Assembly (NCBI GenBank): GCA_024698845.1
Contig: JAILQR010000093.1
Coordinates: 1 to 31,782 of the forward strand
DNA: 31,782 nucleotides
Origin: Bacilli bacterium
Lineage (GTDB): Bacteria > Bacillota_I > Bacilli_A > RF39 > UBA660
Direction: 5' to 3'
In this document: positions 11,401-19,700 of the stretch, piece after piece
Position numbering within the stretch: position 1 is the stretch's first letter
How the letters are laid out: each line of letters begins with the position of its first letter
Notes under the pieces: generated by a model
Told to the model about the DNA's origin: nothing
Database searches by the model: none
What the model saw: the letters and a program-made list of their open reading frames with translations, nothing else
Position numbers and translations under genes: made by a program

Positions 11401-13573
11401 CTTCATTAGGAGCAGTGAATCTAGCTGATGTAGTAGCTTTTGCTACAGTATCGTTTGTTAAACCATTACCATTAATATCATAAATATCAGCAGTTTCATC
11501 TCTATAAAGAGTTGCACCTTCACTATAACCATATAAAGTAAATGATAAGGCTTGAGTCGGCATCTTAGGATTAATTACAGCATCTAATGATACAGTAATA
11601 GCATTTCCATAATTATTATCATTATCAAACATTATTTTAATAAAGTTATTATCCCCTATTTTTACAACTTCAGTATTAATAATATTATATATTGTTGATG
11701 TTGCTTCAACATTATTAGCATCTAATATTTCTTCTGGTAACTTAACAAGTAAAGTACCTTTAGTCCAATTTCTCGTATTAATACCAGTACTATTTGGAGT
11801 AATAGTCATTGTCATTGGGATAGATGAATCTGAAATTTCTCTTTCATAACTTGACTTATCTAATTCTATTTTTACATATGTACTCTTAACATCAAATACA
11901 GCATTTCTACTTCTAGGTAGCGCAGTTGATTCATAATCTCCATTACCTAAGTAATCTTGATATACTTCAAACTTAGTTTGAATTGATTGTGCAGCAGCCA
12001 TTGTACTTTCAGGTACATTATCAATTAATTTCTTAACATTAAATTGTTTTACAAACGAAACATATAAATAGATTGCATGACCAGCATCAAGTTCATTAGT
12101 AACAAGCTTTACTCGTTTAACTCCTTCTGGTAATTCTAAATCCTTATTTTTATTTTCGCTATTAACAACAAATAGTAATTCATCTGTTTCAGCATTTCTT
12201 ACTTCAACAATACCTTGTTTAAAGAATGATACACCCATATCTGATATTCTAATAGATTTTGTTGTTATGTAATCATCATAACCATTTCCTCTGTCAGTAT
12301 ATACAGCTTTACCACCAGCTCTTGAATCTATCCAAGATCTAATAGTCCAGTTTTGATTAAATGTATAATTATCTGGATCTTCACTAGAATTATAAGCTTC
12401 CATTATAGGTGATTTATCTACATAGTAACTTTCTAATTCTGTAACCATTTGACCAACTGTTATAACAGATTCATCTAGTAAACCTGGAGTAACAGGAACT
12501 AATCTCGTAATTTCATGAGAGAATAAAGCATCTTTCTTATTACTTTCAACTAAAGTATATTCTTTATCAGCAATACCAACATACCAAGCTTTAGTATTAA
12601 GAGTTACTGTTTCTTTTTTAACATTATCATTTACAGGATAAGTAACAGTTACTGTCCATTTAGTAGTTCTTGCTCCGTTTTCTTTAGTATTATACGCTGT
12701 ATTAGTTATAACTCCATCTTCAATAGTAGCTCTTCTATAAGCTGTGAATTTTTGAGTTTCTGGATCATAATCAACTACAGCATTACCTCCTAAAGCACTA
12801 ACTCTAACACTAGTTGGATGTTCACCCATTAAATCAGAAACAGTACCTTCTAAATGTGATTCATATATAGGCATTGAATCATAAGTATCTTCAACATATA
12901 CATTATATGTAACTGTGAAGTTATATTCAGATGTATTATTACCAAGTTTTACATTAGTATTTATATATTCAGAATATGAATCAACTAAGTATGTAACATC
13001 TTTTTGTATATGTTTTTCCTCACCAGTAATATTATCAACTACAGTACCAGTAAATATAACTTTATTATTACCGATATATTTATTTAAATCTTTATCGATT
13101 CTAGGAGATACATTTAAATAGAAAAATGAAGAAATACCATTACCAATAGTATTATTTAATGTAATAGTTTCAAAGTTACTACTATATTCAGACTTAGGCA
13201 TAATAGAACTTCTTGGTACAGTACCAGAAACAACTACATTTGAATTATCAAATTCTATCTTTGCATCTTTAAGTGTTACATCACCTAAAATTTTAAGTTC
13301 AAAGTATAATTTGTCACTACCTCTATTAATAATTCTAGATCCACGATATCCTTCAGCTTCTCCATCACCATCAGTATCTTTTAAGAAAAAAGCATCGAAT
13401 GTAACGTAATCTGTTCCATCTATTTTTTCATCATCATCTTCAACCCTGATGTAATCTTTGTAATCCTTTGCATATTGTGAAAATGTTATTTTTTTACCAC
13501 CTATAAAGCAGATAGCAAACAAAAAAACACTTAATATTCCTATTAAAGTCTTAATTTTATTATTTCTATTCAT
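5444..13573 (-). CDS. giant cell-wall-anchored adhesin-like protein 1 (2709 aa)
   Basis: Signal peptide, ~4 SpaA/Cna-B-like domains (KVDSTTGDLLPGAQFKI...YTLKEVYAPAGY), K(Y/F)DxxGxxxW propeller-like repeats, an InlB-B-repeat-like domain, 6 MucBP-like repeats, and NPITLD + TM + RKRRK anchor. Confidence 0.88.
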   Translation of the reverse strand: MNRNNKIKTLIGILSVFLFAICFIGGKKITFSQYAKDYKDYIRVEDDDEKIDGTDYVTFDAFFLKDTDGDGEAEGYRGSRIINRGSDKLYFELKILGDVTLKDAKIEFDNSNVVVSGTVPRSSIMPKSEYSSNFETITLNNTIGNGISSFFYLNVSPRIDKDLNKYIGNNKVIFTGTVVDNITGEEKHIQKDVTYLVDSYSEYINTNVKLGNNTSEYNFTVTYNVYVEDTYDSMPIYESHLEGTVSDLMGEHPTSVRVSALGGNAVVDYDPETQKFTAYRRATIEDGVITNTAYNTKENGARTTKWTVTVTYPVNDNVKKETVTLNTKAWYVGIADKEYTLVESNKKDALFSHEITRLVPVTPGLLDESVITVGQMVTELESYYVDKSPIMEAYNSSEDPDNYTFNQNWTIRSWIDSRAGGKAVYTDRGNGYDDYITTKSIRISDMGVSFFKQGIVEVRNAETDELLFVVNSENKNKDLELPEGVKRVKLVTNELDAGHAIYLYVSFVKQFNVKKLIDNVPESTMAAAQSIQTKFEVYQDYLGNGDYESTALPRSRNAVFDVKSTYVKIELDKSSYEREISDSSIPMTMTITPNSTGINTRNWTKGTLLVKLPEEILDANNVEATSTIYNIINTEVVKIGDNNFIKIMFDNDNNYGNAITVSLDAVINPKMPTQALSFTLYGYSEGATLYRDETADIYDINGNGLTNDTVAKATTSARFTAPNEVITGSLVTDYESSGEETISPLVADINPLRGSSDATMNIFVLNNSDTTVKNISIIGKVGFVGNTYQIGEGTLGTEYDSTMAGPIVIPSELEGKVQVLYSEQENPTSDISDLSNGWITTPTDYQNIKSYYIIVDDEIELDVREELDFSYPIKLPVTTANLNKVSYYTHGAYFDYITDAGTHSSNVSGQKIGLRLARKYSVDLNVYKSFSNNKVPNGVYFLTDSDGNTRSINVDTNGHALVEGLYVDKTYTLKQYSAISGYQVDEESKTFGIANGENDVLVLSNTGNYRNITLNNDATVSIDLDQEILHTLDLHNFNVANNEDLPNAIFKVTGKNHENGTNIRTDENGHAYLNNMVLGEYYTISQVQMGDYSPISEFEVRLVRSNSTHEPSVTTKQDPTMAIGTCNSQINASAYSSISMNSRTANNQTGGDFECNATIDLSNFTDEYRIGVSSTLKDIWNDNGTSTYKLYVTSGIDDLTDITPSREISKANYTGSNTTSAQSISMSGAVNVAINKNNNVEYVPFEAGHLYNVKLQYHRSSNLGSYAYYNPSESTTIGVNRYVNGVATYDKELAAVAQKTNVAVESKNENITQSVRNYALDSNDNPVLALEIPTKVIDKALFEVSKVDSTTGDLLPGAQFKISGPGLPEGGKYITTDSTGKATVELRISYSGNTYLIPGLSGNYPTINKYTLKEVYAPAGYSIDSQLREFKLDAKINTASDITYTVNGNFEDSAYEENKFKVAVEDYPLFKVTKSDEENGNRLPNTYYAIFYVKPGTTDLVAATDIYGKTIGEKIVIDDTEYYVVKTDENGELSLNLKSGSYVLKEIQAADEKYDISDETVYFSIGESKPAVQAGVKFVSADMLPSDEPFRLINTADNGVLAATLNNTDKKIVLVKYDSSAHVEWNKEYDMTPYDTKYIYTNESHPGEIIEQTLNTCTSCFPQTYLHATEEEDYYYIAVGKTYVLILDKEGNEVDLTNPGSTTLYYYYGSAPKNPNSTYGNYYLIKDDDENYHNQYTYTMSYPNAYKYSAFDSNSNGFVKLAYLSGRNSYSIYGIELDNGEFVTNETTHGEVYVVKYDKEGNSISAFPVMDKMYDKLLEFYTEQLGETAASSLFTNKYYYDQYEPYPEIRYLDDNTIEVEISLYIGGGQYMVVGKFDASGNALWAKPVIFNKTYHSTPYIYGSNVSNESIFNFYDDGSFDYITSAERYTDGMFGTSTSNVIDIDALKVQTPDEPSKKNQIILAHFDANGTLSKIIEVSRYSAQKLEEYDTSNDYKRVNYGGRPEYTYKLDDGYIFILNGSLEDHDVILRSGEKVHINSGNYILIYKVNNDSSVEWIKQYKYPVSGNASSYTGFYYDTNTNRISIPLTSSSKTIQSVVDEYPYATQATDFDTSQLFATFELSDEVLPETPAAVSLELFNKRKKFNINIESNAGGSYKVTNGNDTLYEGNDPYEVETVKYGDDTTNTITITPDVGYYVKDVKVNGKSVGYNADEDGIVTLDKLTNVTENKNIVVTFALGSSKVIVHHYLKNTTIKIDSDEIMAGQIGDEYITEPKISTSYDLVKDSNGDYVIPDNYRGFYAQDNTEVIYNYENPTGELVVNYKLENTDTNLADELREVHEIGYNYITNPIQIALYELVGHVGDESGILEKPLTEIIYYYAKLNKGLVITKYIDEETGDPIADEDQAYYDYGETYTAPALNSVPAPYVLSRTDGEVTGEVIDEMTTITYYFRAQKGIVTTRYIDQDTNQKVADDDIQEIVYGSTYTTVALDPIPTNYSLVSTPDNATGPVETDSITVTYYYVRKDSNVIARYIDPDSGEKFTEDIVTPKKYGDTYTTSPLEKDPNGYKLKGMPSNATGTVDKDEIIVLYEYVVKDAKVITKLVDIDTGKDIKDPIISIQKWFTPYKVDKPVTPSGYELVELPDNIEGTVNSDVIEVTFGYKNIEDLAIVEPTKEDTKINNPITLDDIMLYVGIFAVATLSVTGVVIMRKRRK

Positions 13574-13597
13574 TTTTCCTATTCTCCCTCTATTATA

Positions 13598-13626
13598 ATT
13601 TTAACTTTTTTGTATAATTGTGTCAA
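13598..13626 (-). promoter_or_regulatory. sigma-A promoter of adhesin 1
   Basis: TTGACA-17-TAAAAT followed by a GAGGGAG RBS. Confidence 0.75.
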
Positions 13627-13698
13627 TGTAATTACATTAATTTTTATTACTTATTGAAATATCTTTAATATTCTGAAATGATTAAAAATTATATATAT

Positions 13699-13729
13699 AA
13701 AAAAAGTGAACAATTAAGTTCACTTTTTT
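13699..13729. terminator. intrinsic terminator after giant surface protein 2
   Basis: AAAAAAGTGAAC-aattaa-GTTCACTTTTTT hairpin. Confidence 0.85.
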
Positions 13730-13734
13730 ATTTT

Positions 13735-16700
13735 TTATTTTCTTCTTTTACGAAGTACTACAACACTAGCAATAGAAAGTGTTGCAACAGCAAAGATACC
13801 AACATATAACATGATGTCATCTAAAGTAATAGGATTACTTATTTCATCATTTTTAGGAGGAACTATAGGAACTTCTGGTGTAATACTTGGTGTTGGTTCT
13901 TCCTCAGGAGTACCCTCTTTAGCATAAACATAAATAATTGTTGTGCTTTCTGCTTCGACCAATACAGATTTATTAGTAGGTTCCATATATAGTTTATAGC
14001 CTTCAGGAATTTCAGCTAATGGTGTAGATGTATATGTTTCTCCATAGTATAGTTCTTGTTGAACATAATCTGCTATATCTAAATATGAATCTTTATCAAC
14101 ATATTTAACAACAACAGTTCCTTTTGGCTTTCTATATCTATATTCTACAACTATATTATCTCTATCAACTGGTCCAGTAGCATTATCTGGAGTTTCAGTT
14201 AATACATAATATGCAGGTAAATTTGTTGGTTCACTTGTTGTATATGTTGAACCATATGAATATTCATCAACTTTAGGATCAACTACATTGTTTTCATTAT
14301 CTATATCAATATATTTAGTAGTAACTATTCCTTTTTTAATTCTATAGAAATATGTTACTTCTGTAATATCTTCTGTAGCTATGCCATAAGTATTTCCTTG
14401 AGATGATACTAACACATAATTTGTTGGAGTCGGATCAAGAGGTGTTGTTGAATATTCTTCATTATAATCATAGTAATCATATGTAGGATCTGAAAGTGGT
14501 TCATTACTTTCAATATCAACATAATTTGTTACAACTAACGCTTTATTACCTCTAGCATAGTAATAAGTAATTTCAGTTAGTGGTACATTTAATATACCAT
14601 CTTCAATTCCATCAACAGATACAAGTTCATATAAAGCAATGAATATTGGCTCAGTAACATAAGAAGAACCGCGAGGTTTAGTTTCAGTTTTACTTGGAGA
14701 AAGAGGAGTATCAGTGTTTTCTAAATAGTAATTTACTCTTAATTGTGCTTGATCAATATAGTAGTAAGTTACCTCAATATTGCTTTGACCGAATAATCCT
14801 TTGTAATTACTTGGAATTACATATTCTCCGTTATCATCTTTAACTAAATCGTATTGACCTGTAATTTTTGGTTCAGTTATATAATCTGATCCAATTTGAC
14901 CTGCTAAGATATCATCTCCAGCAATTCTTGTAGTAGTTCCATCTAGATAGTGATGAACTATTACTTTAGAATCACCTAGTTTGAATGTTACATAAATATG
15001 TTTATTTTCAGTAACATTTTCAATTGGATCTAAAATCGCAACTCCATTTTCATCAACTGAGAAATCTATCTTATTATCATTGATAGTTATAGATGAAATA
15101 TAATATCCAGCATTAGGAGTTACTTTAACTTCATTTACAGTAGTATCTCCATATTTAACATTTTCTACAGTACCAGGATCAGTACCATCATATAAGATGT
15201 TATTTCCACTTGATATTGTGAATGTACCAAATCCATTAGATTCTGCAGTTACTTCAAATACTTTTCTTGTATTAAATAATTCTAGAGCTACTTGACTAGG
15301 AGTTTCAGGTATAACTTCATCATCAATTTTAAACTCAGCAATCATCATAGTAGAATTTCTGTCTGTATTTAAAACATTATACGGAAGTTCTTCACCTATT
15401 TTTCTAATTGTTGGAGTACTAGCATCTAGTAAAATTCCAAATTTATCATTAGATAAATTAGATTCATATATAAATCCTGTTTGATTAGAATAAGGATATG
15501 CATATTGTTTTATCCATTCAACAGATGAATCACTGTTTACTTTATATATGATAACTGAAGGAGTATTTTCTAATACGAACTTTTCACCACTTTTTAATAT
15601 TACTTCTCTATCTAGATCATTATAGAAGTTATCATTTTCTAAAGCAGCTATATATCCACCATCTTCAGTCTTACTAAAGAAGTATAAATCTTTAAAATGC
15701 TTTACATTATAGAAGTCAAGAGTTGTATCAAATTTTTCAAGTTTGTTTGTGTTAGAATCTTGTAATTCAACAACATTTACTAGTTTACCAGATGCATTAT
15801 GTTCAAGTACGCTTAATGCTGAATTTGCTTCACCATCATGTCCTGGTTCTTCAGGGAATGTAAATTGTTGATCAGCAGTATTAAATAATGGATTAGGTGA
15901 TTGAGAATCAGTATATTTAACTTTTTGATACGTTGCAAGAGATGCAGAGCCATCATCATATACTCTAGCATAGTTTGTACCATTTCTTTGAGTTCCACTT
16001 TCATCAGAATATCCATTAACACCCATTGGAGTAACAAATTCTAAATTACCATCTTTATCAAACTTAGCATGGAAGTACATAGAATTATTTCTTGATGAAT
16101 GTCCACCAGTATATACGTTAATTAACATAGCTACGCTACCGTCATCAAGATAATTAATTGCATCCCTATGTAGTGAACTACCATTTAAACCAAAGTTACT
16201 TGGAAGTTCAACATTATTAGCAGCAGCATAATCAATAATACCTTGTTCAAGCTTATCTAAAATATAATATCCATCAACTAATTTACCGGTATTATCAAAT
16301 TTATATACTATGTAATCACTAGTTCTTCCAACAGGAACAACAGTTCCATCACTTCTATAAATTCTATAGTATTGCCCGTCTAGGAATGATAACCCAGCGA
16401 CACCTTTAGCACCGACATCAAATACAGGATAACTCATGATGTAGTTAACATATAGTGAACCGCTAAAACTATAGTAGTTTTCAGTATCCCCTTCTTTTAC
16501 ATAATATGGGTAATTTTGTGAAATATTTTCATATGAATTCCATGCTGTAGGATCAGTACTATATGGAGTAAATCCGGTAGAAGCATAATGATATGTCTTT
16601 ATACTATTTGGATAAGAAGCTGCAGTATCATAAATTGTATTACCAGTTTCTTTTTCAACTAATACTACTTGCATTGGACTTATAGCGAAATAGTATCCTT

Positions 16701-19700
16701 TATCGTTTTCTAACATATCCACGCTGCTATCCGAAGTATAACTATTAAAACTTGGTTCAGTATAATAAACTCTTTCAGGATCATCATGATATGTGTACAT
16801 ATAATTTTCATAATATCCACATGGAATATCTTTTGTCCATTCTACATTGAAATTGCTATCATACTTAGTTACACTTAGCACGTTATCTACAAGATTTGAA
16901 GTAAGGTACCCACCATCATTAGTTTGAAGCATTCTCATACCACTATTATATCGTGTAGCTCCATCAAATACTTCACTAGCTTTAATAAATGTTATACCTT
17001 TAGCTTGGTAATTCTTTCCTTCACCAATTGAGAAATATGTTTCTTGATCAGAAATATCATATTTATCATCAGCAGCTTGAATTTCTTTTAAAACATATCT
17101 ACCAGCTTTAAGAGCTAATGTAATTTCACCATTTTCATTTGTTTTTACAATATAATAATCTTCTCCGTCAATATTAATTTTATCACCAATATAGTTATTA
17201 TTAATATCTGTAGCTGGAGTTTTATTTCCATCATCATCAATTGAATATATTACATAGTAAGTATTAGGAAGAACATTTTGAGTTTCTGCATCCTTTTTAG
17301 TTACTTTAAATAGTGGATAATCATCCATTACAGCGTTATATACACCATTTTCGTAGCTTGTTTCTTTGAAAGTATTTCCAGTTGAATATTTAATTGTTGA
17401 ACTAGAAACATCACCACTATTATCGATTTCTTTATCAATAGTAAATTTTATTTCTTTAGGATCGATTGTATATCCCTTAGGTGCTGATACTTCTTGTACA
17501 GTATAAATATTAGTAAGCGGATAATCATCATCAAGTCCTAAATTCCAATAATTACCTGAGAATGATTGGAATAATTCGATTGAAGCATTACCACTTTCGT
17601 CAGTAGTTACATATCTAGGTGATGCAAATCCTGGACCAGATATTTTAAACTGAGCACCAGCAAGCGGATTATTATTTGTAGCATCAACTTTCTTAATATT
17701 TAAAACAGATTTTTGAATTTGAATATTTGGTATATCTAAATCTAAAATTGGTCTTTCAATATCAGAAACATCGTAATTTTCAAGTGATTGAATAACTTTA
17801 TTATTATCATCATTAGCTAAATTACTAACAGCCGTAGTTGCTACTAATTCTTTTTTTCCATTAACAGGATAAATTCTAATATATGTATTAAAGTATGGTC
17901 TAGAAGTTGTTCCACTTCTATGATATTGAAGGAATACATTATATTGTCTTCCACCAACAATATCTCGCATTATTTCTCCTTCTTGTCCACCACCCATAGC
18001 TTGAGTTAAAGAAGCCTTTTGAGAAATAGTTGTTGAATATGTAGGAGCTTTATCCTTATTTAATTCGATAGCATAAGGCGCAGCCATTGGATTCATATTA
18101 CTTGAAATAGCCCAAGTTAATGATGAATTAGCGGATGAGTCCCCCCACGCATCATAAAGTGAAGAATCAAAATCAACTCTATATGCATTTTCGTAATTTA
18201 ATAAGTCTAGTACATAATTACAATTTTGTTGCATTTCACTAGAACCAGAAGTTCTAGTTGTATTTAAATAAAATTCACTATGATCGCTATACCATGTATA
18301 TTCAGAAAAGTTTACTGTTGGACTACAGTAATTAGTTATTTTCGGTAATTGTCTAGATGTAAGTCTTAAGTTATGAGTACTAGCATCTCTTGATACCTTA
18401 AATTCAAAATCTTTAACTTCTGGATATCCTTCATTTAAAACTACTTCAGCTTTATAAGTTTTATCTACAACTAAATTATCTAAATAAGCATGTCCATTTG
18501 CATCAGTTCTTACATTTGTACCATTTTCATGGTTAGGTCCTGTAATTTTATAAATAGCATTTGGAATACCTTCATTGGTAGAACTATTAAAATGATTTAA
18601 ATCAAGTTTATATAAAACTTCTTGATCTACTCTTACTCTAACTAAGTCACGTGTTGCTCCATAATCCCAATCACTAAAACCATAATTTGAAAAATATAGT
18701 ACATCCTCATTTTCATTACTCATCTCAAATGATTTGTCAGTAGTTATTGAATAACCAGGATATGCACTTACTTGAGATAAAGTATAGTATGTATCAACAT
18801 ATAATGAATTTACTCTAGCATATCCATTTGAATCAAATACAACTGATCTTTGATTTCCATCCTCATCAGAAAGAATAAATACACCACCAGGAACAATTAC
18901 ATCATCTGAATATATTTTCATTAAATCAAATTCAGCATCATATAATCTTGATAATCTAACTCCAAGTTTTCCACCTGAAACTTCAGAGGAATATAACCCA
19001 GCTTCAGTTATATAATCAAAGTATGCACCATGAGTAAAGTAAGAATATTTATTTAAGTTTTCTGTAGTTTCAGGAGTTGTTATTGGATAACTAAAGTCAA
19101 CTTCTTGACCAACTTCTAGTTCATAGTCTCCATCGAAGATAATCATATAAGATTTAACATTTTGATAATCTGAAGGAGATGTTGTCCAACCATTAGATAA
19201 ATCGGATTGATCACTAGTTGGATCAGCCTTTTCACTATATAAAACAGTTACATCACCTTGTAGTGCAGCAGGAACAACTATAGGTCCTGACATATATGTA
19301 TCAAATTCAGTTCCAAGATCACCTTCACCAATTTGATATGTATTTCCAACATAAGCAACTTTACCAATAATACTTAAATTTTTAACATTTGATTCAGAGT
19401 TATTTAATACATATAACTCTATATCTGCTTGGTTTGTTCCACGAAGTGGATTTAAATTTGCGATAAGTGGTGAAATTGTTTCACTACCTTTATCATCATA
19501 ATTTTTAATTATAGTACCTGTTATAACTTCATTAGGAGCAATGAATCTGACTGCTCTAGTATCATAAGCAACTTTTTCATTTAAAACTCCATCTATATCA
19601 ACGTCATATATATCAGTATTTGTATCTCTATATTGAGTTAATTCTAAGTTCTTAGCATATAAATGGAAAGTACCAGTAAATGTTGATGACTTAGGATCAA

